NCBI RefSeq assembly: GCF_000039765.1
Contig: NC_004459.3
Coordinates: 2,391,127-2,423,126 of the forward strand
Length of the DNA stretch: 32,000 nucleotides
Source of the DNA: Vibrio vulnificus CMCP6
GTDB taxonomy: Bacteria > Pseudomonadota > Gammaproteobacteria > Enterobacterales > Vibrionaceae
Direction of reading: 5' to 3'
Made by a program: the position numbers and the translations under genes. This document shows, piece after piece, positions 19,848 through 27,179 of this stretch (position 1 is the stretch's first letter; each line of letters opens with the position of its first letter). A model generated the notes under the pieces. It ran no database searches. It worked only from the letters and a program-made list of their open reading frames with translations, and was not told where the DNA came from.

Positions 19848-20262
19848 AGCAGGACTATTTTTGAAACAAATCGCTAGGGTGTTATCCTAATTATGTGCAT
19901 GTTATTGCGGTTGCAACTTACTGATAAAACGGAAAGTTTTGTCAGGGTGGTGAAAAAACATGCGATAGCTAACGAAAATATCAAATAGATAAAAATTTCG
20001 TAATTTTGCTTTGATTTGGTTTTTTAATCTTTATAAGTGTTTGCTTTATTACATTTTTTGTTGAATTGCTTCAAAAATTGACACTCTAGCGCTGCCTTTT
20101 TGAATTCAATGCGCGATTTAGATCAAATAAAAAGTTGGCGTAAATCAGAAGCTTGGCATACACTTTCCGTTGTAAGCCCGATATGTTGTTGATTGGTAGG
20201 GCAAATTGCTTTGGCGCTACCCATTGTGTAGCAAGGTATAACTTAGCTTTGAGGAAAGTTTT

Positions 20263-20550
20263 ATGGCGCTCACAAAAGCCGATTTGGCAGAGAACCTGTT
20301 TGAAAAACTAGGATTTAGTAAACGGGACGCCAAGGACACGGTTGAAGTGTTTTTTGAAGAAATTCGCAAGGCACTAGAAAATGGCGAGCAGGTAAAGCTA
20401 TCAGGTTTTGGTAACTTTGATCTACGAGATAAGAACGAGAGACCTGGTCGTAACCCTAAAACCGGTGAAGACATTCCAATTACTGCACGACGCGTTGTCA
20501 CATTCAGACCAGGCCAGAAGCTAAAAGCTCGTGTCGAAAATCTGAAATAG
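20263..20550 (+). CDS. ihfA: Integration host factor alpha subunit
   Basis: 95 aa. [25 protein letters not shown]...[41 protein letters not shown] is canonical IHF-alpha. Confidence 0.97.
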   Translation: MALTKADLAENLFEKLGFSKRDAKDTVEVFFEEIRKALENGEQVKLSGFGNFDLRDKNERPGRNPKTGEDIPITARRVVTFRPGQKLKARVENLK

Positions 20551-20571
20551 TAATGGAACTATGAATACAGA

Positions 20572-20601
20572 AAGACCACGCATTGCGTGGTCTTCGTTTT
20601 T
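20572..20601 (+). terminator. Rho-independent terminator after ihfA
   Basis: AAGACCACGC-ATT-GCGTGGTCTT followed by CGTTTTT. Confidence 0.85.
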
Positions 20602-20614
20602 CAGCGGTATCTAA

Positions 20615-20638
20615 CTTATTTGCTTATTTGCTTATTTG
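20615..20638. repeat. 8-bp tandem repeat CTTATTTG, three perfect copies plus degenerate copies
   Basis: CTTATTTG CTTATTTG CTTATTTG, then CTTAAGCG CTTAAGCC, running into the stop codon of the minus-strand relV-like gene. Confidence 0.8.
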
Positions 20639-20647
20639 CTTAAGCGC

Positions 20648-21424
20648 TTAAGCCGCTTCCAAGTGTGTGGTCAAATAAGGTTGCCACGCTTGTTGGTAAA
20701 GATCTTTTGAGTGGCTTCTTAGTCGTTTAATGGTCGCCAACTCGACATCATTCAGTGAACGCGTTTCACTTGCTGCTTGTCTCTCCATCATTTGAATTTG
20801 CTGATATAAATCGTGTTCAGGGCCACTTTTAACATCTGCAATGGCTTTCAAGTGCAATTGGACTTCTGCAACTAAGTTGGTCTTTGGTAGTTGTACCAGC
20901 AGGTTGAGGTCACGATACCCAGACTCACCTGGGCTCTTAAAGCGGTTTTTCACTTTGACGATGCGTGTTTCTCGCTCTAAAGCCTCGTAGGCACTAACAA
21001 GGCTTGCTACGTCGTCGGCTACAATGGTTGCTCTAGCGAGGTCAGTAATGCGTTCTGGTTGATTATTAAGTTCCAAAGCAATTTTCTGTTTCGCGCGTTG
21101 TTGTGATTTCACGCCTGCAAAATAGGGCTGAGTATCCGTCAACAGTGCGGTGCTCTTTACGATGGTTTCGAGCTCAAATTGCGCTTGGTGCGCTTTACTA
21201 TAAAGCACGTCAAAATCAGTGTAGGGTTGAAGTGGTTGCGTATCAGTGGATTGAATGCCGTATAAACCACTCAAGCTGTGTTTAAACAGTTTTGAGCACA
21301 CTTCATTTTGGCTTGTTTCGCGCTGTTTTTCTTGGTTCGATGGCGCGGTGGGAATGGCTGCAAACGCAGGTGCACGGCTTAGTACCAAAAGCATCAATGC
21401 GGTAGTACGAAGAAATAAGCTCAT
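20648..21424 (-). CDS. relV: Small alarmone synthetase-like protein (RelA/SpoT nucleotidyltransferase fold), RelV-like
   Basis: 258 aa. Synthetase-fold motifs DLARATIV, SGYRDLNLLV, VAEVQLHL, EHDLYQ. The size and the ihfA-proximal position match my recollection of V. cholerae relV. The N-terminus is hydrophobic and signal-like. Confidence 0.7.
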   Translation of the reverse strand: MSLFLRTTALMLLVLSRAPAFAAIPTAPSNQEKQRETSQNEVCSKLFKHSLSGLYGIQSTDTQPLQPYTDFDVLYSKAHQAQFELETIVKSTALLTDTQPYFAGVKSQQRAKQKIALELNNQPERITDLARATIVADDVASLVSAYEALERETRIVKVKNRFKSPGESGYRDLNLLVQLPKTNLVAEVQLHLKAIADVKSGPEHDLYQQIQMMERQAASETRSLNDVELATIKRLRSHSKDLYQQAWQPYLTTHLEAA

Positions 21425-21713
21425 TCACTCTCCTTAACTTGCGTTGTTTTAGTAAACGGGGAGTCAAAAGGTCTAAAACACAGTCAAGTTACTTAAGTTA
21501 TGGGGGCGCACTGTCAGGAAACAATCAAGATAAGTGTATATGTTTCTCTTATGTGCACAGTGTCACACACTGCATAATCCCCAGATTTCAGTCATACACT
21601 CTACATTCCAAGGATTAACTTAATATGAACGAAAACCACTTTTCACTGTTTTCAATGTTAATTATTGGTTAGGCTATGGCGCAGGTCAGTTCAAAAGAAA
21701 GATACAGATAACG

Positions 21714-22367
21714 ATGAGAGATGCAGAATTTTGGCACAACAAATGGGCTAGCAACCAAATTGGCTTCCATTTGGAAGACGTTAATCCATTATTGACCCGT
21801 TTTTGGTCTGCGTTGGCACCGAAGCGAGAAGAAACGGTTTTGGTTCCACTTTGTGGTAAAACAGAAGATCTTGCGTGGTTGGCAACGAAGCATGATCACG
21901 TTGAAGGTGCTGAACTCAGTTTGATTGCCGTGCGATCGTTTTTTGCAGAGCACTTCTACACTCCGACGGTGACTCCGATTTCCGGTCAACATGAGCTATA
22001 TCAGTTTGATGAGTTGTCTATTTACGCGGGGGATTTTTTCACCGCTCCGCTCAGTAAAGCAGATTTGATATACGACCGTGCAGCTCTGATTGCGTTGCCT
22101 GAAGAGATGCGAGTGGAGTATGTACAACGCATTCGTGGTCTATTAAATCCTGGCGGGCGTATTTTACTGGTGAGTTTAGATTACCCTCAGCAAGAGATGG
22201 CCGGCCCTCCGTTTTCGGTCACTCAAGAAGAGATAGAACACTTATTTGCAGGCATGCATGTGACACGTTTGTATCAAGACATCGCGGATGAACATCATCC
22301 CAAAATTGCAAAACAAGGCTTAAGCCGCTTTAGCGAAGAAGTCTACGTTATTGAAAACGATAAATAA
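21714..22367 (+). CDS. tpm: Thiopurine S-methyltransferase
   Basis: 217 aa. [14 protein letters not shown] start typical of TPMT. SAM-binding [16 protein letters not shown]. Confidence 0.9.
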
Positions 22368-22368
22368 C

Positions 22369-22395
22369 AAAGGGTAGCGTGAGCTACCCTTTTTA
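22369..22395. terminator. Bidirectional terminator (tpm / purT)
   Basis: AGGGTAGC-GTGA-GCTACCCT with TTTTT downstream. The reverse strand has TTTGTTATTT after the stem. Confidence 0.8.
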
Positions 22396-22419
22396 ATCGG
22401 CTGAATCGAAAAACGATGT

Positions 22420-23595
22420 TCAGTAAATGATTTTGATTTTCTTAGCACTTTCTATTGCTGCATCCACCGCTTTCTCAGTGCTAGAACGACGTGTCAACAC
22501 AACACCTAAACGACGACGGCCATTAATATCGGGTTTGCCAAACAGACGCAACTGGGTTTGCGGTTGTTCAAGCGCGTCAGACATTCCGTCAAAGCGAAGG
22601 TTCTCTGATTGACCATTGCCCAAAATCACCGCTGAAGCGGAAGGGCCGTATTGAACAATCTTGTTCACTGGCATGCCAGTAAATGCACGCACGTGGAGAG
22701 CAAATTCAGACATTTCTTGTGAAATCAGTGTTACTAGCCCGGTATCGTGTGGGCGAGGGGAGACTTCATTGAAGATCACCTTGTCACCTTTTACGAAAAG
22801 TTCTACACCGAAAATACCGTAGCCACCTAACGCATTGACGACCTGTTCTGCTGTGTATTCGGCAGCTTTGATGGCATTTTCAGACATCTGCTGTGGTTGC
22901 CAAGATTCACGATAATCCCCATCTTCTTGTCGATGGCCAATAGGAGCACAGAAATGCACGCCATCAACTGCGCGAACGGTGAGTAGAGTGATCTCATAAT
23001 CGAAGTCGATAAAGCCTTCGACAATCACTCGTCCAGCGCCAGTGCGACCACCTTCTTGAGCATATTGCCATGCTTTCTCAATATCGGCTGGAGATTTAAT
23101 GACACTTTGTCCTTTGCCAGAAGAGCTCATCACGGGTTTTACGACGCAAGGAATCGACACCGCTTCAACGGCTTCGACAAATTGCTGATAGTTGTCTGCA
23201 AAGCGGTATGGTGAGGTAGTGAGGCCAAGCTCTTCTGCCGCTAGACGACGGATCCCTTCACGGTTCATTGTAAGTTTGGTTGCTTTTGCACTAGGCACCA
23301 CGTTTAAGCCTTGTTCCTCGAGCTCTACCAACTTGTCCGTTGCGATAGCCTCAATCTCTGGAACTACAAACGCAGGTTGTTCTGCGGCGATAACTTTTTC
23401 TAGCTCGCTTGCATCTAACATGTCGAAAACATAACTGCGGTGTGCTACTTGCATCGCGGGTGCATCAGGGTAGCGATCACAGGCAATCACTTCCAGCCCA
23501 AGACGTTGGCATTCGATCGCCACCTCTTTACCGAGTTCCCCAGAGCCCAAAAGTAATACGCGTGTGGCGCTTTCGCGAGTCGCGGTACCGAACAT
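22420..23595 (-). CDS. purT: Formate-dependent phosphoribosylglycinamide formyltransferase (GAR transformylase 2)
   Basis: 391 aa. [28 protein letters not shown]-grasp core and C-terminal RRLGVVL are typical PurT. Confidence 0.95.
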   Translation of the reverse strand: MFGTATRESATRVLLLGSGELGKEVAIECQRLGLEVIACDRYPDAPAMQVAHRSYVFDMLDASELEKVIAAEQPAFVVPEIEAIATDKLVELEEQGLNVVPSAKATKLTMNREGIRRLAAEELGLTTSPYRFADNYQQFVEAVEAVSIPCVVKPVMSSSGKGQSVIKSPADIEKAWQYAQEGGRTGAGRVIVEGFIDFDYEITLLTVRAVDGVHFCAPIGHRQEDGDYRESWQPQQMSENAIKAAEYTAEQVVNALGGYGIFGVELFVKGDKVIFNEVSPRPHDTGLVTLISQEMSEFALHVRAFTGMPVNKIVQYGPSASAVILGNGQSENLRFDGMSDALEQPQTQLRLFGKPDINGRRRLGVVLTRRSSTEKAVDAAIESAKKIKIIY

Positions 23596-23660
23596 AGTGC
23601 TTCCTTTAAAAAGTAATCAGAGAGAATAAAATTGCCGCCGATCATACTCAATTTAACCTG

Positions 23661-23680
23661 CAAAGCAAACGTTTGCTTTG
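23661..23680. promoter_or_regulatory. PurR operator upstream of purT
   Basis: CAAAGCAAACGTTTGCTTTG is a perfect 20-bp palindrome. It contains the PurR box core GCAAACGTTTGC. It lies 66-85 nt upstream of the purT ATG. Confidence 0.75.
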
Positions 23681-23682
23681 TG

Positions 23683-23714
23683 ATTTTAAAGAAAGCCCTA
23701 CGTAAAGTAGGGCT
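23683..23714 (-). terminator. Rho-independent terminator of cdd
   Basis: AGCCCTAC-GTAAA-GTAGGGCT. On the minus strand the stem is followed by TTCTTTAAAAT. It lies 13 nt past the cdd stop. Confidence 0.7.
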
Positions 23715-23726
23715 GACGACATATCA

Positions 23727-24614
23727 CTATAAGCTGAGATAACTCACTGGAATATCGGGGTTTAAGGCTTCCAGTGTGGACTGGGTACATGCTAAGTGGC
23801 TAATTTTGCCTTTATGGCTTTCAACAAGCGCCGCAGACTGAATATTTTCAAATCTCTCACCCGCGAGAAGCAACTGGATCAATGCCACTTGCAGTGGTGG
23901 AAGGCTTGGGTTGAAAGCGGCATTTTCGGCGTATGCACCCAGATAAACGCGTCCACTTTCGGTCTGCAATGCCACACCGCTCAAGTTGTGCGTATAAGGT
24001 GCATGACTGCGGTTCATGGCTTCAACCGCACGTTGCATTAAGGCATCATCATCTTCAGTGGCGAAACCATGATGGACTTGGCTCATTAATGCCGATTCGA
24101 TGCCCAAATCTGATGGGCCAAATGAATCTGGCAGATAGTCGTGTAGTTTCTTTTCTTCGCGCTCTGGCAATTGAATCTTAAGCTCTTTGGCACTGGATAA
24201 TTCATTCATGAACTGACGGCAGTGACCACAAGGGCTGAAATTAATGGTGATGTCTGAAAGACCTTGCTCGCCTTTCATCCATGCATGACTAATAGCCGAT
24301 TGTTCAGCATGAACCGTTTGTCCAAGCTGGACCCCATCAAACTCCATATTCGCGCCAAAATAAAGAGCACCAGATAGGCCACGAACAATCGCACCAACAT
24401 AAAACTCAGAGATGGGCGCGTAAGAGTAAGCGGCAGCAAAGGGAAGCAACGCAACACGTAGTTGGTTATCGGTCATCCCTGTTTGCTTGAGTAACTCATC
24501 AAACTGAACTGTTGAAAGGGAAGCATCAAAGTCAGCAGCCAAAATGATAGGCGCTAGATGGCGTGAAAGTGATTCTGGTGCGCTTGCCAGCGCGTTCTCA
24601 AAGCGACTCTTCAT
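23727..24614 (-). CDS. cdd: Cytidine deaminase (two-domain, E. coli type)
   Basis: The ORF track starts at 24635. The ATG at 24614 ([10 protein letters not shown]) aligns with the E. coli Cdd start and has AAGGA upstream. Zinc motifs [13 protein letters not shown] and [12 protein letters not shown]. Confidence 0.93.
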   Translation of the reverse strand: MKSRFENALASAPESLSRHLAPIILAADFDASLSTVQFDELLKQTGMTDNQLRVALLPFAAAYSYAPISEFYVGAIVRGLSGALYFGANMEFDGVQLGQTVHAEQSAISHAWMKGEQGLSDITINFSPCGHCRQFMNELSSAKELKIQLPEREEKKLHDYLPDSFGPSDLGIESALMSQVHHGFATEDDDALMQRAVEAMNRSHAPYTHNLSGVALQTESGRVYLGAYAENAAFNPSLPPLQVALIQLLLAGERFENIQSAALVESHKGKISHLACTQSTLEALNPDIPVSYLSL

Positions 24615-24669
24615 GGTGAATCCTTGTAATTGCATGGAAGGTTATTCTATGCAAGAACGAAAACTCTTC

Positions 24670-24752
24670 AGTGATCCCTGTCACTATAAACAATGTAACG
24701 GTTGTTTATGTTGCATTATTAGAGTGATGTCACAAATGTATTCGATTGCACA
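24670..24752. promoter_or_regulatory. cdd control region with CRP-like and CytR-like sites
   Basis: AGTGATCCCTGTCACT (24670-24685) fits TGTGA-N6-TCACA. GTTGCATT (24710-24717) is the CytR octamer. TGTATTCGATTGCACA (24737-24752) is a second CRP-like site. The layout resembles the E. coli cdd promoter. Confidence 0.5.
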
Positions 24753-24853
24753 ATGCTTCAGAAAGATAGTTGAATATTTCTCGTTATGCGAACGGCTGTC
24801 TGTTTGTAGATAATAATGGTTAGAAGACGCGATAGGGAAGCTGGAACTGACGA

Positions 24854-24884
24854 CAAAAAAATACCCTCTGCAAAGAGAGGGTAT
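24854..24884 (-). terminator. Rho-independent terminator of the small Cys-rich ORF
   Basis: ATACCCTCT-GCAAA-GAGAGGGTAT preceded on the plus strand by AAAAAAA, which is a T-run after the stem on the minus strand. Confidence 0.7.
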
Positions 24885-24975
24885 CGAAATCATCCATTGA
24901 TGCTTGATTCATTCCTAGTGTGGTTATCCAAGCTTATTGATTTGTCTATTTACGATAAAATATGGCTGTTTAACA

Positions 24976-25158
24976 CTATGAACTTAACATTTGACGATCG
25001 CGCATCTGTTGTTCGCCAATGTTAAACAAGCGTACGTCAATTTTTGCAATGTCATTGCATTCTTCACATGCGTGATGGCATTTGCCATCAAGATAGTCAT
25101 GTCTAGTCAGCATTCTTGGCTTTTTGCACCAATCACAGGTGCCTTCAATTGTAAACAT
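24976..25158 (-). CDS. Small Cys/His-rich protein (putative zinc-binding), uncharacterised
   Basis: 60 aa. C8-x2-C11-x15-C27-x3-C31-x2-C34 plus H20, H28 and H29. Strong SD GGGGAG with GGAG 6 nt upstream of the ATG. It has its own downstream terminator. The overlapping plus-strand ORF 24991..25176 lacks these signals. Confidence 0.55.
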   Translation of the reverse strand: MFTIEGTCDWCKKPRMLTRHDYLDGKCHHACEECNDIAKIDVRLFNIGEQQMRDRQMLSS

Positions 25159-25329
25159 CTCGTTCTCCCCACCTAGAGTCTTGGTTAGGTGTTATTTTGC
25201 GGCGCTATTATGCCATAACTTTTCTATGGGTGTTAAATGTCTGTAAATAAAATTTGAGAGCGTGATCGATTGCGAGAGTAGATTATATGGGTGTTTCGCG
25301 TTTTGATTGATATATCAACAATTGCAGTG

Positions 25330-26334
25330 TTACTTATTTGTAACATTTTGTAATAGTACTTTTAATGCCCCGTTTAGGCGCTTCATTTCCTCTTCACTAC
25401 CCCTGGCATCTGGGTGGTAGAGTTTCGATAGTTGGCGGAAGCGAATTTTGATCGACTTTTCATCAGGAATGTTACTTGGCAGGTAACCAAACATCGCGCA
25501 AGCCAGCGCTACCTTATGATTTTTTTGTTGATTCTGCAGTTTTTTGTACTCGTTAAAGACTTTTTCTAACTGGCGTTTTAACTGCTTGTTACTGAACTGC
25601 TGACTTTTCAGTTCCTTTTCTAGTGTTAAGTCGCGGTCTATTTGCTGAGTGAGTCGACGTCTTCGTATTGTGCGCGCTAAAGAGACGGCTACAAGAATAA
25701 CACTGAGCAATAGAGCAATAGGGATCCAATCACTGACTACAGAAGCACTGTTTTTTTGCGAGAAATTGGTTTGGTTTGATGTGAGCGAATGCTCGTCAAC
25801 GGGTTCCGCCAAAGCACTATCGAGCTGCGATATCGCAGAGACTTGCTTGGCACGCAACTGGTTGAATTTAAGTTCAAGTATGCGATTGTATTCTTGATCA
25901 GCTTGCTGATTAGTTTGGGCTGCAATACCAAACCACTGTTGAGCAAGGTCAAGATTGTTAAATTCATTGCCGTGTTGTTCATACAGATTGCCCAAACGCA
26001 GCAGGGCAACTTGATTACCTTGGAGTGCCGAGTGGAGGTACCAATTTGCGGCGCTTTTAATATTGACTTGCGTCCCTATGCCACTTTCTAAAGCTTGTGC
26101 GAGTTTAAACTGCGCAGGCTCATAACCTAACTCAGCGGATTGTTGGTACCAATAGAAAGCATCGACAGAAGCCGTGTCATCTTGGTGCTGTTCGAGTTGA
26201 ACAGCGAGCTGATATTGTGCCTTGGGATCTTGCTGATTGGCTTTTGCTGTTAACTCCTGCGTGCTTTCTGCATGAGAGCGAAAAGAAAGCATCAGGAACA
26301 TGAGCGAAGTAACAAGCAAAATGGGTTTGCGCAA
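25330..26334 (-). CDS. Sel1/TPR-repeat protein with a single TM and a C-terminal J-domain
   Basis: Signal-like N-terminus MRKPILLVTSLMFLMLSFRSHA. Sel1-like repeats: AQYQLAVQL, YWYQQSAELGYEPAQFKLAQALESG, ANWYLHSALQGNQVALLRLGNLYEQ. TM WIPIALLLSVILVAVSLA followed by RTIRRRR. C-terminal J-domain with LYHPD. Confidence 0.8.
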   Translation of the reverse strand: MRKPILLVTSLMFLMLSFRSHAESTQELTAKANQQDPKAQYQLAVQLEQHQDDTASVDAFYWYQQSAELGYEPAQFKLAQALESGIGTQVNIKSAANWYLHSALQGNQVALLRLGNLYEQHGNEFNNLDLAQQWFGIAAQTNQQADQEYNRILELKFNQLRAKQVSAISQLDSALAEPVDEHSLTSNQTNFSQKNSASVVSDWIPIALLLSVILVAVSLARTIRRRRLTQQIDRDLTLEKELKSQQFSNKQLKRQLEKVFNEYKKLQNQQKNHKVALACAMFGYLPSNIPDEKSIKIRFRQLSKLYHPDARGSEEEMKRLNGALKVLLQNVTNK

Positions 26335-26351
26335 AATGGGATCTCTAGAGG

Positions 26352-26384
26352 TTAGGTTCAGCCCAAATTATAGACTGAACCTAA
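26352..26384. other. 10-bp perfect inverted repeat in the intergenic gap
   Basis: TTAGGTTCAG (26352-26361) and CTGAACCTAA (26375-26384) with a 13-nt loop. It lies between the OmpA-like gene stop and the Sel1/J-domain gene start. No clear T-run follows on the minus strand. Confidence 0.5.
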
Positions 26385-26426
26385 TGTGAAATCAGCAGCT
26401 AAGCCAAAATTGCCATATTTACGTTA

Positions 26427-27098
26427 TTACTTAAGTGGTAGGATTTGTATCTCGACACGGCGGTTACAAGCTCGGCCTTCTGCAGTGCTGTTGGTGCAAA
26501 GAGGGTAGCGCTCACCGTTGCCTCGTGCGACGGCTCGGCCTGCAGCAACGTTTTGAGAAATCAGGAAGCTACGGACGGATTCTGCGCGACGCTCAGAGAG
26601 AATTTGGTTAGAGGCATCATTGCCTGTACTGTCAGTAAAACCATCGATGACTAAGCTGGTATCTGGGTACTCAACTAAGATTTGCGCCACACCTTTAAGG
26701 GTATTGTGAATACTGCTATCCAGAGCATAAGAGCTTGAGCTGAAACCGATGCCATTTTCAAGACGTAACAGCAATTGATTTTCGCCAACACGTTCGACTT
26801 GAACGCCAGAATTAAGCAGTGCTTCACGCAGTGCTTTCTCTTGTTGGTCAAAGTAGTAGCCAACACCACCACCAATAGCGGCTCCGCCTGCTGCGCCGAT
26901 CAGGGCACGTTTACCACGATCTTTTTTGTCGCCCGTTGCCGCGCCAGCGACTGCGCCTGCAATCGCACCAATCAGTGCGCCTTTAGTGGCTGAGTTGGTT
27001 TCAGATTCGCCAGTGGTTGCATTCTGACGTTGAGTTGCCTGACATCCGCTTAGAGTCAGAAGAATCGCTAAAGCAATAGAAACTTTTTTCAAAGTCAT
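26427..27098 (-). CDS. OmpA-family lipoprotein with glycine-zipper region
   Basis: Lipobox LTLSG-C. Glycine zipper GALIGAIAGAVAGAATG and GAAGGAAIGGGVGYY. OmpA C-terminal peptidoglycan-binding motifs GFTDSTGNDASNQILSERRAESV and NRRVEIQI. Confidence 0.9.
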   Translation of the reverse strand: MTLKKVSIALAILLTLSGCQATQRQNATTGESETNSATKGALIGAIAGAVAGAATGDKKDRGKRALIGAAGGAAIGGGVGYYFDQQEKALREALLNSGVQVERVGENQLLLRLENGIGFSSSSYALDSSIHNTLKGVAQILVEYPDTSLVIDGFTDSTGNDASNQILSERRAESVRSFLISQNVAAGRAVARGNGERYPLCTNSTAEGRACNRRVEIQILPLK

Positions 27099-27179
27099 CT
27101 CTCCATGTACATTCAGAGGCTAACTGCTGCCTCCGTGCGGATTATTCAGCAAGTCAATGAGAGAAATGTCAGTGTAAGG

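Noticed and set aside
16874-19877. Short imperfect inverted repeat flanking the NAD module: CTAATTTGTTTTAA at 16875-16888, versus the reverse complement of TTGAAACAAATCGCTAG at 19861-19877.
   Set aside because: Only an 8-nt AT-rich core (ATTTGTTT) matches, which is within chance expectation. The left copy overlaps the pncB stop codon. This is not enough to claim mobile-element termini.
21558-21572. The palindrome CAGTGT-CAC-ACACTG in the relV-tpm divergent region.
   Set aside because: It is short (6-bp arms), single-copy, and matches no regulator consensus I can name. I noted it but do not consider it a supportable site.
21625-21672. A 15-codon mini-ORF ([15 protein letters not shown]) upstream of tpm.
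   Set aside because: It has no SD and no associated RNA structure or known leader mechanism for tpm. It is likely chance.
24615-24635. The upstream 7-codon extension of cdd (MQLQGFT).
   Set aside because: The E. coli Cdd alignment begins at the MKSRF-equivalent position, and an AAGGA SD precedes the ATG at 24614.
24544-25025. Three ORFs (24544..24813 +, 24684..24893 -, 24816..25025 +) in the cdd upstream region.
   Set aside because: They cover the CRP/CytR promoter region and a terminator hairpin. They have no SD sequences or recognisable motifs. The region is better explained as regulatory DNA.
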